The position numbers were made by a program, and so were the translations under genes. Positions 47,505 through 57,767 of a stretch of DNA of 64,000 nt are shown here, piece by piece; positions within the stretch are counted from its first letter, which is position 1; each line of letters begins with the position of its first letter. The stretch spans positions 1,824,001 through 1,888,000 of the forward strand of contig CAVVXN010000005.1 of the NCBI GenBank assembly GCA_963752285.1, read 5' to 3'. The stretch comes from an uncultured Planctomycetota bacterium. Lineage in GTDB: Bacteria > Planctomycetota > PLA2 > JAEUHO01. The notes beneath the pieces were generated by a model. That model searched no databases, had not been told where the DNA came from, and saw only the letters and a program-made list of their open reading frames with translations.

Positions 47505-48809
47505 CTAGGGCGCCCGGGGCGCCCGGACCGGCGGGCGAGCGTGCGTCCCCGGCGCGTCGTCGGGGAACCCGGGATAGCGGCCCTGGTTCTCCGCCCACCA
47601 GGCCATCACGTCCGCCGCGCCGGAGAAGCGCCGACCGGCGAGGCTCGCCGCGGTGTCCACGAGGATCGGCTCCACCCACGTGTGCTCGTACGCGGCGTCG
47701 ATCACGCGCACGTCGAGCACGACGCCTTCCGTGATCGTCGCGACGTCGGGGTTCGCGATGTTGCTCGCCTGCGCGATCTCGACGTCGTAGTCGCGCACGT
47801 ACGAGATCTGGTTGAGGAACGCGACGTAGCTCCGCGCGGAGCCGCCGTGCCCGCTGATGCGCTTCACCACGTACCCGAGGGCGCGCGTGTCGCCGAGCGT
47901 GGCCAACGCCTCGGCCGCGTTCCCGACGAGACGCGGGCTCTCGCTACCGAGCGCGCGGACGAACGGGACGGCGGTGTCGTCGTTGCCGAACGACTGCGCG
48001 GCGACGACGGCGGCGCGGCGCACGTCGGCGTCGAGGTCGCGGGCGCCCGAAAAGATGAGCGGCCTCAGCGCGACCTCGTCGCCGATCTCCCCCAAGAGGC
48101 GCGCGGAGGCGAGTCGCACGTGCGGGTCCCGGTCGTAGAGCGTGGCGAGCGCGGCGCGGACGCGCCGCTCCTTGGGCACGTGAACGAGCGCGAGGCGCGC
48201 GGCGGCGGTGAGAACGGGATCGTCGCCGGCGAGCGTGCGGATCGCGGAGCGCGTCGCGGGATCGTCGGCCGGAACCGAGACCGTCGGGGCGGCCGACTTC
48301 ACGCGCGCTTCGACCTCCGCGGGGAGCAGCCAGGCTCCCCCGTAGAGCACGAGGCCGCGGCGCCGCCGCGCCGTGTCTCCGTCCACCCAACGGCCGTCCA
48401 CGCGCTCTTCACCGAGCGCGCGGCGCGCCGCGGCGTGGTCGGGGTCGGCGGCGACCACGGCCTCGTACGCGCGCCGGGCGAGGTCCGCGAAGCCCTGGGT
48501 CTCGGCCTCGAGCGCGAGGCGGTACCAGCCCGCCGCGTCGTCCGCGGCCAGCGCCTTCGCGCGGGCCTCGAGCGCCCGCCGCGGGAACGCGCCCGGCTCG
48601 ACCGACAGGACGCGGTCGGAGGCGAGCGTCGTCTCGCCCGCGTCGGTCGTGACCGTGACGGAGCCGTCGGCGGCCTTCACGGCCTCGCCTTCGAGCACGA
48701 GGCCGTCCGCGGTCACGACGACGTCCGCCCGCGCGGTGCCCGCGGACGCGAGGCAGAGGAGGGCGGCGACCGCGTACGGACGGCCGGGGAGACGGGACAG
48801 CAGACGCAT
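47505..48809 (-). CDS. Exported TPR/HEAT-repeat protein
   Basis: Signal peptide ..AGTARA|DVVVTADG, DPDHAAARRALG..DGRWV, HEAT units; RBS GAGGAG. Confidence 0.82.
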   Translation of the reverse strand: MRLLSRLPGRPYAVAALLCLASAGTARADVVVTADGLVLEGEAVKAADGSVTVTTDAGETTLASDRVLSVEPGAFPRRALEARAKALAADDAAGWYRLALEAETQGFADLARRAYEAVVAADPDHAAARRALGEERVDGRWVDGDTARRRRGLVLYGGAWLLPAEVEARVKSAAPTVSVPADDPATRSAIRTLAGDDPVLTAAARLALVHVPKERRVRAALATLYDRDPHVRLASARLLGEIGDEVALRPLIFSGARDLDADVRRAAVVAAQSFGNDDTAVPFVRALGSESPRLVGNAAEALATLGDTRALGYVVKRISGHGGSARSYVAFLNQISYVRDYDVEIAQASNIANPDVATITEGVVLDVRVIDAAYEHTWVEPILVDTAASLAGRRFSGAADVMAWWAENQGRYPGFPDDAPGTHARPPVRAPRAP

Positions 48810-48874
48810 GGGGGGGGCTCCTCGACGGCACCCATGAGAACGTCGGGCCGAGGGGGCCTGCACGCCCGGGACCG

Positions 48875-50710
48875 TCAGCGGGCGTCGTCGCGACGCCGGG
48901 CCAGGAGGAACGCGGCCAGGAGGCCGGGCAGGAGGACCAGGCCGACGTAGACGAACGTGAGGTTCGCCTCGTCGGCGAGCCGCGAGAAGTGGATCTTGTC
49001 GTAGATCCGGAGCGGGTAGATCCGCGGGTCCACGAGCATCACCGCCTCGATCTCCCGCAGCGCGAGGACGAGGACCACGAGGGCGCCACCGAGCACGCCG
49101 CGCCCCGCGAGAGGCCCCCACACCCGGGCGAACCGGACGAGCGGGCCCGCGCCGAGGATCCGCGCCGCGTCCTCGTTGCCCCGTCGCACCTGGCGGAGCG
49201 CGAGCCACACGGCGAGGAGCGCGAAGGGGAGGAACCGCGCCGTCAGGACGAGGATCGACCGGGTCATCCCGCGCTCGACGAACGGCACGTCGAGCCTTGT
49301 CCACAAGACGACGGTCCCCACGGTGAACACGAGGCCCGGCACGGCGAGGGGCATCGCGCCCAGTCCGAGGACGGTCGCCCGCGCGAGACGGCCTCCGTCC
49401 CGCGCCCACCGCACGAGGATCACCGCGACGATCGTCGCGAGGAGCGCCGCGCCGAGGCCGCTCTTGATCCAGCGCACGAGGTCCTCGCCGGCACCCGGCG
49501 TGTGGGCGAACGCGCTCGCGAAGTCGAAGAGATGCCCCTCGCGCGCCGACGGCGCCGGGCCGCCCCCGGGGTTCGCGACGGTCTCGCCGGCGCCGAGGCC
49601 CCACCGCGCGACCCCGTAGAGGGGCAGCACGAGCGAGGCGGCGAGGAGCAGGATCAACGAGGCGGTGGCGACCACCTTCCCACGTGCGCGGAGGCGGACT
49701 CGCGGTCGGCCGCGGCGCCCCTCGCCGCCGGCCACCACGGGCGAACGACGGAGCCACAGGATCGCCAGCAGGAGCAGCACGGCCGTCAGGACGACGAACG
49801 GTGCGCCGGTCGCGACGGCCCGACCGGAGTTCGCGTTCTGCTTCCACTGGAGCAGGACCTCCGTGGGGAACACGTGCACCGGGGTCGAGCCGGTCGGCAT
49901 CATGAACCCCAGCAGGTCCGGCACGCCGAAGTCCGACCACGCGAGGAGGAACACGAGCGTCATCGATCCGAAGACGGCGGGCAGGAGCGCCGGGAGCACG
50001 ACGCGGCGCCATGCGGCGCGGCGGCCGCCGAGTAGACGCGCGGCCTCGTACGGTCCGACGGGCACCTCCGCGAGCGCGCGACCCACGAGGAGCGCGACGA
50101 GAGGGAAGAGCGTGAGCCCGAACACGATCGCGGCGTTCGTGAGCTGGAGGGCGCCGTTCTCGAGACCCAGGAAGCGGTGGAGGTTCCCCCCGATCGCGCG
50201 CACGCCTCCCATCGCCACGAAGAACGGCGGGAGGATCGCCGGTCCGACGACGAGCGCCGTCCACACGCGGCGGGCCGGGAGGTCGGTGCGGGCGAGGAGC
50301 CACGCGACGGGCAGGCCGATCAGGAGCGCGAGGAGCGCGCCGCCCGCCGCGAGGAGGGTGCTGTGCTCGAGCAGTCCGAGGGAGCGCGCGTCCGTGAGGA
50401 GGTTCCGATAGTGGTCGAGCGAGAAGACGGTCCGGACGCGGGCCACGTCCTTCTCCTTCTTCCGAACCGGCTCGACCTCTCCGGCCTGGGTCTTGACCCC
50501 GTACACGTAGAGCCAGTCCCCGCGCGAGTCCCGGACGTGCTCGACCTCGCCGAGCGCGCGGTGCGTCCCGCCGGAGCGGAGCGCTACCTCCACCACCTGG
50601 AACGACCGGAGGAACATCGCCCCCACCGGGAGGACGAGCCCCAGGAGGAGGACGAAGAGGGCGAACGCCACCGCGAGGAGGCGGCCGGGACGGCGGGCCC
50701 ACGAGGCCAC
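48875..50710 (-). CDS. ABC transporter permease (Fe3+/thiamine FbpB-like, two TM modules)
   Basis: ARTDLP, YEAARLLG and EDAARILGA EAA loops, many TM helices; start approximate. Confidence 0.85.
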   Translation of the reverse strand: MASWARRPGRLLAVAFALFVLLLGLVLPVGAMFLRSFQVVEVALRSGGTHRALGEVEHVRDSRGDWLYVYGVKTQAGEVEPVRKKEKDVARVRTVFSLDHYRNLLTDARSLGLLEHSTLLAAGGALLALLIGLPVAWLLARTDLPARRVWTALVVGPAILPPFFVAMGGVRAIGGNLHRFLGLENGALQLTNAAIVFGLTLFPLVALLVGRALAEVPVGPYEAARLLGGRRAAWRRVVLPALLPAVFGSMTLVFLLAWSDFGVPDLLGFMMPTGSTPVHVFPTEVLLQWKQNANSGRAVATGAPFVVLTAVLLLLAILWLRRSPVVAGGEGRRGRPRVRLRARGKVVATASLILLLAASLVLPLYGVARWGLGAGETVANPGGGPAPSAREGHLFDFASAFAHTPGAGEDLVRWIKSGLGAALLATIVAVILVRWARDGGRLARATVLGLGAMPLAVPGLVFTVGTVVLWTRLDVPFVERGMTRSILVLTARFLPFALLAVWLALRQVRRGNEDAARILGAGPLVRFARVWGPLAGRGVLGGALVVLVLALREIEAVMLVDPRIYPLRIYDKIHFSRLADEANLTFVYVGLVLLPGLLAAFLLARRRDDAR

Positions 50711-50781
50711 GGGGCCGCGACGAGGCGTGTCCTTCGGGTGACGGTCCACGCCGACCTCCGGGCCCGACGGGGGCCTGGCCC

Positions 50782-51678
50782 TCAACGACGCACGGCCCGT
50801 GCCCGGTCCGCCTCGGCGTCGGCCGCGGCCTCGAACCAGGCGCGGACCCGGCGCGTGAACGGGCCGGGCGTCCCCCCGGAGACCGGGCGGCGGTCCACCG
50901 CGACGACCGGGAGGATCCCCCGCACGGACGACGAGAGGAAGATCTCGTCGGCGCGGTCGAGCGCGACACGCTCGACGCGCTCCTCCCGCGCCTCGACCCC
51001 GTGCTCGGCGAGGAGCGAGAGGATGCGGGTCCGCGTCGTGCCCTTGAGGATCCCGGCCTCGAGCGGCGGCGTCGCGAGCGCGTCGCCCACGACCACGTAC
51101 ACGTTCGCGGTCGTCGCCTCGGTGACCTCGCCCCGCTCGTTCAGCATGAGCGCGTCGTCCGCGCCGAGCAGCCGGGCCTCGTGGAGGGCGAGGACGTTGT
51201 TCAGGTAGTTCCCCGTCTTGGCGCGGGGGTCGAGCGACACGCGAGGATTCCGGCGCCGCTCCACGACGGCCACGCGAATGCCGCGCTCCCACGCTTGGGC
51301 GTCGGGCCGCCCCGCCGGCGCGACGATGACGACGAGACCCCGGCGCGTCACCCTCGTGAGGTCGAGGCCGAGCGGCCCCGCGCCGCGCGTGACGATGAGC
51401 CGCACGTACGCGTCCTCGTCGTCCCCGACCCCCGCGGCCGCGACGGTCTCGCGAATCGCGCGACCGAGCGCGGCCGCGTCGTGTTGCAGGTCCATGTAGA
51501 GGCGCTCTGCACTCTCGGCGAGGCGGTCCAAGTGCTCGGCCTCCTGCACGAGCGTGCCCCGGTGCCACCAGAGCACCTCGTACACGGAGTCGCCGAGCAG
51601 GAACCCGTGGTCGAGGACGGGGACCCGCGCCTCCTCGGGCGGCGAGATCGTCCCGTCCACGTAGACCCTCGTCTCCAC
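50782..51678 (-). CDS. Class IV aminotransferase (IlvE/PabC/Dat-like)
   Basis: DHGFLLGDSVYE, HLDRL, KTGNYL, EATTAN, ILKGTTR. Confidence 0.93.
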   Translation of the reverse strand: METRVYVDGTISPPEEARVPVLDHGFLLGDSVYEVLWWHRGTLVQEAEHLDRLAESAERLYMDLQHDAAALGRAIRETVAAAGVGDDEDAYVRLIVTRGAGPLGLDLTRVTRRGLVVIVAPAGRPDAQAWERGIRVAVVERRRNPRVSLDPRAKTGNYLNNVLALHEARLLGADDALMLNERGEVTEATTANVYVVVGDALATPPLEAGILKGTTRTRILSLLAEHGVEAREERVERVALDRADEIFLSSSVRGILPVVAVDRRPVSGGTPGPFTRRVRAWFEAAADAEADRARAVRR

Positions 51679-51703
51679 GTGGATGGCTCCTCCGGTCGCG
51701 CCG

Positions 51704-54141
51704 TCACGGACGGCGCGCCGTCTCCGGTCCGGTCTGGCCGGCCACGAAGTCGATCCGTCGTTCCAGCTCCCGTGCGTTCAAGTCGGCGTCGCCCTGGAAC
51801 AACCCCGCCACGTCGAGCGCCCGCCGGATCCGTCCCCGCGGGTCGATGAACGCCATGCGGGGCTGTCCCTGCTCCGGGAGACCGACCGCGCGGCGGAGCT
51901 CGGGGAGCTTGTCGTCCGTCTCGTCGATCTTGATCCGGACGAAGTCGGCGAGCTTCGTCCGAAGCGACGCGTGGGTCTCCATCACGTGGTCGAAGTCCTT
52001 GCAGTTCCCGCACCACGTGGCCCAGACGTCCACGATCACCGGACGGCTCTGGGCACGCGCGCGGTCCACCTCCGCCTGGAGCTCCGCGACGTCCTTCACG
52101 CGCGTCCAGCTGAGCGTCTCCTCGGGCATGGCGGTCAGGTGGGCGACGACGCCGGTCACGACCGCCAGCGAGACGGCGAGGAGCGCGCCGCGCTTCCGCG
52201 CCACCGCTACGCGCTCGCCCTCGCCCTTCACCAGGTGGCGCTCGACGAGGGCCCACGTCAAGAGCGCGATCGCGAAGCCGGCCACGAAGAGCGGAACGCG
52301 CGTGAGCACGCCGGCGTTGGCCAGGAAGTAGAGGGCGACGCCGACGAGGATCACGCCGAACGCGTATCGCACCCACACCATCCACGGCCCCGGACGCGCG
52401 AGGAGGTTCAACGACCCCGCGGCGAAGAAGACCGCGCCCATGCCGAGGCCCAGCGTGAAGAAGAGCAAGAACCCCGTCCACGCGCTGCCCGTCGTCGCGA
52501 CGTACGTGAGCATGGCCACGACGAAGGGTCCCGTGCAGGGGCTCGCGATGACCGCAGCGAGCGCGCCGAGGAGGAACGCGCCGAGGAGCGTGCCGCTCTT
52601 CTGCGCGGCGCCGCCTCGGATGCGCTCCATCCACGCCGGCGGCTGCAGCTCGAACACGCCCAGCATGCCGGCGGCGAGGACGAGGAAGAAGATCGCGATC
52701 GCCCACACGACGACGGGCATCCGGAACGCGGCGTCGAGGTCCACGGCCTTCCCGAGGGAGCCCGACACGGCGCCGGCCGCCCCGTACGTGAGCGCGAGGC
52801 CGAGAACGTACGCGGTGAGCATGACGGTGAGCCGGCCGCGGCTCGCCTTGCCCGCCGCGCCCCCTCCGATGACGCTGATCGTCAGGGGGATGATCGGCAG
52901 CACGCAGGGGGTGAACGCGAGGCCCACGCCGAACCCGAACACCAGGAGCAGCGTCGCGAACCAGGAGCCCTTCACCATGAACGCGGTCCCGGTCGCGGTG
53001 GCCGCCCCGGGCAGCACGTCTCCGTGCACGACCGGGAACGGAGTCTCCTCCGTCGGCGGGTCGGTCCTCCTCTCTCCGGGCGCGAGCGGGGGCGCGGACG
53101 GCGGCGACTCGACCGCAGGCGTGACGGGGACGGGCACCGGAGAGGTCTCGGGCGGCACGGCGCTCGCGTCCACCCACTCCGCGACCAGCACGGCGTCCCC
53201 GGAGTTGCACATGTTGTCGCAGGCCTGCCACGAGGCCTTGATGCGGAGGCGCTTCCCGCCGTCGCGCGTGAAGTGGACCGTCACGGCGTAGGGTTTCGTG
53301 ATCTCGTCGCCCTCGTCCTCGTACGCGGGCTCGTTCCAGGTGATGCCCTCGTCGGGAAGGGGCGTGACCTCGACCGGGATCTCTCCGCCTTCCCAGCCCG
53401 GCATGTAGAGGTGGTAGCCCCGATCCGGCGTGAACAGCACCGTCGCGATCGAGGCCTCCTCGTCCACCTGAAGCGTCACGGTGACGCCCTTCCCGTGCGC
53501 GGGGAGGGGCTGCCGCAACGCGAGGTCCGCGGCGGGCACGCCGGCGGGAGCCCCCCCGACGCGGGCTGCGCGCCGGGCCCGTCCCCCGCGGCCGTCCCCG
53601 ACGCTCCGCCGCGGAGGCGCACGACCGCCTCCTGTCCGCGCACGCGGTCGAAGCACATCTGGGGCGTGCAGGAGCTGTAGTCGAACGCGATGCCGATCTC
53701 GAGTCCGGGAAGGGCGTCCTTCGCGATCTCGATCGGCACGGAGAGCGTGAAGCCGTGCTCCGGGCGCCACACGGGCATCGGGCCGGTCTCGGGGAAGTTC
53801 GGGTCCGTGTACGGAACGGGCTCGGTCCAGGTGACGTCGCCGGGCGCCTTCTTCCAGGACGTGTAGGTCACGTCGCCCGCGGGTGCGTCGTAGCGGACGG
53901 CGTCCGAGTCGCTCGGGAGGACCCGCCACGTGAGCTCCTGTCCCTTCTCGGTCGCGTAGACGTGGAGGTCGTTCGAGACCACCGCCTCGACGACGAGTCG
54001 GCCCTTCCCGCCGGGCCCGAGATCGGGCGGGTCGAGGCGTGCGGCGATCTGGATCGTCCCGTCCACTTTCTCCTTCGCGTGCGCGGACGGCGCCGCGAGG
54101 AGCAGGACCAGCAGGGCGACCGGGAGGACCGGATATCTCAT
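51704..54141 (-). CDS. dsbD: Thiol:disulfide interchange protein DsbD-like, frameshifted in a G7 run (C7 at 53551-53557)
   Basis: Signal peptide MRYPVLPVALL.., CTPQMC, then in another frame CDNMC, TPCVLP, SPCTGP, PGPWM and thioredoxin WCGNC. G8 fuses the two ORFs. Confidence 0.88.
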
Positions 54142-54401
54142 GGCGGGGCTCCAGGGGGTCCGGTGCCGGGCGTTCTCCGGCGGGGGCGGCCCAGAGGCCG
54201 CCGGGGGCCGGCGTGCGAGGTCCGCGGGGACCCTCGCGAGTCGAGTCGGTACGGGGGTCGATCGGCGCATCGAAGGGAGCGACATCCGCGGGGACGATGG
54301 TACGGGAATCCGCCGGCCGGGTAGGCTTCGCGGGACGGGGCGGGTCGGCCGCGCCCGCTCCCCCGGGGTCGCCGGGGCCGAGGCGCCTACAATCCGGGGC
54401 C

Positions 54402-54767
54402 GTGCTGGTTCATCGCGAATTCACGTTCGAGGCCGCGCACCACCTGCCGGCGCATCCCGGGCCCTGCCGCCGGCCGCACGGGCACGGGTACCGGTTCCGG
54501 CTCACGGTCGAGGCGCCCGTGGACCCGGCGACGGGCCTCGCGATCGACTTCGCGGACCTGAAGGAGGCCGTCGAGTCGGAGGTGCTCTCGGTGCTCGACC
54601 ATCGGGACCTGAACGAGGTTCTCCCGATCCCGTCGGCCGAGCACATCGCCGTCTGGATCTGGGACCGACTGGCGCGCGCGGGCCTCCCGCTCTTCGAGAT
54701 CGTCCTGATGGAGACCCCGACGTCGGGCGTGACGTACCGCGGCGAGGGCCTCGGCCCGGTCGGGTAG
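54402..54767 (+). CDS. queD: 6-carboxytetrahydropterin synthase
   Basis: FEAAH..CRRPHGHGY, LDHRDLN, SAE, ETP. Confidence 0.92.
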   Translation: MLVHREFTFEAAHHLPAHPGPCRRPHGHGYRFRLTVEAPVDPATGLAIDFADLKEAVESEVLSVLDHRDLNEVLPIPSAEHIAVWIWDRLARAGLPLFEIVLMETPTSGVTYRGEGLGPVG

Positions 54768-54778
54768 AGGAGGACCGG

Positions 54779-55363
54779 GTGGCGCGCACGGCTCGGCGGG
54801 ACGCGCTCTTGGAGGCGGCCGCACGGGTGCTGGGGGAGCGCGGCGGGCACGGCACCACGATGCGCGACGTGGCGCGTGGCGCGGGCATCGGGCTCGCGAC
54901 CCTCTACCACTACGTCTCGAGCCGGGACGACCTCGTCTACCAGGTGGAGGTCCGCCTGCTCCAGGCCGCGGTCGCGTCCGCCGAGGCGACCGCCGCCGTG
55001 CGGGGCGCCCGCGAGCGGCTCCGGGCGCTCGTGACCGACCACGTCCGGCGGGTGATGGCGCGCCCCGCGGAGGCGGCGGCCCTCGCCGGCCGCCTCTACC
55101 CCCTCTCCGGGGACCGCGGGCGGCGCGTCGAGGCGCTGCGCCAGCGCTACGAGGAGCTCGTCCAGGCCGCAGCGGGGGCGGCGACCCGGGGCCGCCAGGC
55201 GGGCGGGCGGGGGCGACGGAGTCCCGCGCCGGTCCAGCTCCTGCTCGGCATGGCCGACCGCCTGGCGCTCGACGCGGCGGCGCGCCGCCCGGCGCCGTCC
55301 CCGGCGCGGCTGGCCGGGCTGGTGGTCGGCTGTTTCCTCGCCGGCGCCGGTGCGCGGCGGTGA
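54779..55363 (+). CDS. TetR-family regulator
   Basis: LLEAAARVL..TTMRDVARGAGIGLATLYHY; GAGGAGG RBS. Confidence 0.9.
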   Translation: MARTARRDALLEAAARVLGERGGHGTTMRDVARGAGIGLATLYHYVSSRDDLVYQVEVRLLQAAVASAEATAAVRGARERLRALVTDHVRRVMARPAEAAALAGRLYPLSGDRGRRVEALRQRYEELVQAAAGAATRGRQAGGRGRRSPAPVQLLLGMADRLALDAAARRPAPSPARLAGLVVGCFLAGAGARR

Positions 55364-55450
55364 CCCGCCGCCGGCAAGCCGGGGCGACTTCCGGTGTGGA
55401 TTCGCACGGGCGAGACCGCGACCGAGGGTCCCGCCCTCCTCGGGGACCGT

Positions 55451-55519
55451 CCCAACCCCTTGCAAATCAGGGGATTGGGCCGGATCCCCGTCCCGGGGGA
55501 ACATGGGTACGGGCCGTGC
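55451..55519 (+). promoter_or_regulatory. Dyad site plus putative sigma54 promoter
   Basis: Inverted repeat CCCAACCCCT..AGGGATTGGG (55451-55478); GG-N10-GC (GGTACGGGCCGTGC, 55506-55519). Confidence 0.4.
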
Positions 55520-55553
55520 GGCACCCCGCCCGGCTCGAGCTGCGGAGATCGCC

Positions 55554-57767
55554 GTGACCAACGTCCGCCATCCCTCGTTCCCCTCTCTCGCCGCCTCCCT
55601 GGTCGCGGCGGCGCTCCTCGGCGCGTGCGGCGGCGGCGGCGGCGGGGGCTCCACGCCCACCCCGCCCGGTCCCGACGTCACGCCCCCCACCGTCGCGATC
55701 ACGGCGCCGGCGAGCCGCGCGGCGTTCATCCCGGGCGACCTGCTCCGCGTCGCCTTCGTCGCGGACGACGACCGCACGGCGACCGTGAAGCTCATCATCG
55801 ACGAGGACATGGACCTCTTCACGACGGCGGACCAGCACGTCCTCTTCACCGGCCCGGACGGCAACGGCGTCCCCCAGGTGCGCACGGTGTCCACCACGGG
55901 GATCCCCCTCGGTCCCCACACCCTCTTCGCGACGGCCGACGACGGGACGAACCCGGTGGTCAGCACCCCGGGCGTCCAGGTGCTCGCGTACCCGGGCCTC
56001 GCCGGCGTCACTCCGCAGGCGCGCCGAAACGTGTATGGGGTCTCCGGCACCGGGGTGGTGTTCAGCGTCGGAGAAGCCGAGCAAGGCGGCGTGCCGCGGA
56101 ACAACGACGGCCTGGCCGACGACGGCGTCATGACGGTCCTGAACGCCGCGGACGGCGTCGTCACCCCCTCGACCCTGAGCGCCGACGTGGCGAGCCCGGG
56201 GAACACCGGCATCCCGCTCGTGCTCCGGCCCGTGATGGACTCGCTGGCCTGGGGCCTCCGGGAGCAGGACCAGAACCAGGACCTCAACGCCGACGGGGAC
56301 CAGCTCGACGGCTACGTAGCGGTGATCAACCCCGTCGTGAACCCGCTGCCGAATCTCGTCCTCCAGGGGGGGGCGACTCCCGTCTCCACCCTGAGCGAGG
56401 TCCGTCACTTCGCGCTGGCGAAGGAGGGGAGCGCCAACCAGGACATCGACGGGGACGGGGACATGCTCGACGACGTGTTCCTGTCCATCGACTCGCTCGG
56501 GAACAGCTTTCCCTTCCTCGACACGCCGCGCGCCGGCGCTCCCTTCGTGACGTCGATCGACGGCCCCTTCGCCGCCTACGTCGTGGACGAGTCGATTCAG
56601 GGGACGGGCAACACCCCCGGGATCGACCTGCGCGGGGACGGCGACTTCACGGACCAGCTCCTCGCCATCGTGAACGTCGCGGGCGGACGCATCGCCCTCG
56701 CCGGCGCGAACCCCATGGCGATGCCTGCGAATCTCGCCACGAACGTGGACCCGACGGGCAAGGTCGCCGTCTCCGCGCAGGGCTGGGTGGGCTACTACGT
56801 GGACGAGGCGCAGACCGGTCCGGTGTTCTTGAACGGCGACACCGACAACACCGACTTCATCCCGGCCTTGTACGACGCCGCCGGGACCCAGCAGCTCTTC
56901 CTCCCCGGCACGGGGCTCAACGCCGGACCGGGCGCGGGCACCTTCTTCTTCGAGAACGGGGTCGCCGTCTACACCGCGATGGAAGAGGGGGTCACCGACC
57001 GGAACGGGGACGGCGACGTCCTGGACACGAAGGTGCTCTACGTGACGGACGTGCAGACCTCGCCGAGCACCGCGACCCTCGTCCCACCGCCTCCGGGTTT
57101 CGCCGGTCACACGGGCCTGACCCTCGACGGCGGCTTTGCGGCCCGGATCGGGCGCGGATGGATCTCGCTGGTCGTCTCCGAGTTCGCGAACAACATGGAC
57201 CTGAACGGCGACGGCGACACGTCGGACTTCGTGCTCCTGCTTCTCGACGTGCGCTCCTTCCCCGTGGTCGTGCACAACACGGGGCTCGTGCCCCTGCCGA
57301 CCGGCCAGGTCGCCGGCAGCTCGATCCCGGTCACGGGCGTGGGGAACGACAAGGGCCTCCTCGTCATGGCCGCCGAGACCGCCAACGGAGACCTGAACGG
57401 CGACGGCGACACGAGCGACTCGCTCGCCTTCTACTTCAGCTTCACGAACCCTGCGGTGCGTATCCCCCTGCTGCAAACCGGCGCCGTCCACGCGGCCGTG
57501 GTGAACAACCGCATCGCGGTCACGGCCTCCGAGATCCTCACGGGCCAGGACCTGGACGGTGACGGCAGCGCGTTCGGGTTCGTGCTCAGGGTGTTCGACC
57601 CGACCGGGGCGCTCCTCGAGCCCGGCCTCCCCTGCTCGCAGTTCTCCGTCCCCGCGTCCTTCGACGGCAGCATCTGGGCGTACGTGAGGAGCGAGCCGAA
57701 CGAGGCGCGCGACCTGAACGGCGACGGCGACCAGGCCGACCAGGTCCTCGGGCTCTGGACGAACTGA
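55554..57767 (+). CDS. Lipoprotein with Ig-like domain and about 10 DxNGDGD Ca-binding-type repeats
   Basis: Lipobox LLGAC + poly-Gly; repeats DLNADGD, DIDGDGD, DLRGDGD, DRNGDGD, DLNGDGD x3, DLDGDG and others. Confidence 0.82.
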   Translation: MTNVRHPSFPSLAASLVAAALLGACGGGGGGGSTPTPPGPDVTPPTVAITAPASRAAFIPGDLLRVAFVADDDRTATVKLIIDEDMDLFTTADQHVLFTGPDGNGVPQVRTVSTTGIPLGPHTLFATADDGTNPVVSTPGVQVLAYPGLAGVTPQARRNVYGVSGTGVVFSVGEAEQGGVPRNNDGLADDGVMTVLNAADGVVTPSTLSADVASPGNTGIPLVLRPVMDSLAWGLREQDQNQDLNADGDQLDGYVAVINPVVNPLPNLVLQGGATPVSTLSEVRHFALAKEGSANQDIDGDGDMLDDVFLSIDSLGNSFPFLDTPRAGAPFVTSIDGPFAAYVVDESIQGTGNTPGIDLRGDGDFTDQLLAIVNVAGGRIALAGANPMAMPANLATNVDPTGKVAVSAQGWVGYYVDEAQTGPVFLNGDTDNTDFIPALYDAAGTQQLFLPGTGLNAGPGAGTFFFENGVAVYTAMEEGVTDRNGDGDVLDTKVLYVTDVQTSPSTATLVPPPPGFAGHTGLTLDGGFAARIGRGWISLVVSEFANNMDLNGDGDTSDFVLLLLDVRSFPVVVHNTGLVPLPTGQVAGSSIPVTGVGNDKGLLVMAAETANGDLNGDGDTSDSLAFYFSFTNPAVRIPLLQTGAVHAAVVNNRIAVTASEILTGQDLDGDGSAFGFVLRVFDPTGALLEPGLPCSQFSVPASFDGSIWAYVRSEPNEARDLNGDGDQADQVLGLWTN

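Noticed and set aside
54142..54401. preQ1 riboswitch upstream of queD
   Set aside because: No preQ1 stem or A-rich tail, and queD appears leaderless.
55554..57767. Recurrent GACCTGAACGGCGACGGCGAC DNA repeats as a CRISPR-like array
   Set aside because: They are in-frame codons of the DLNGDGD protein repeat with irregular spacing; no cas genes.
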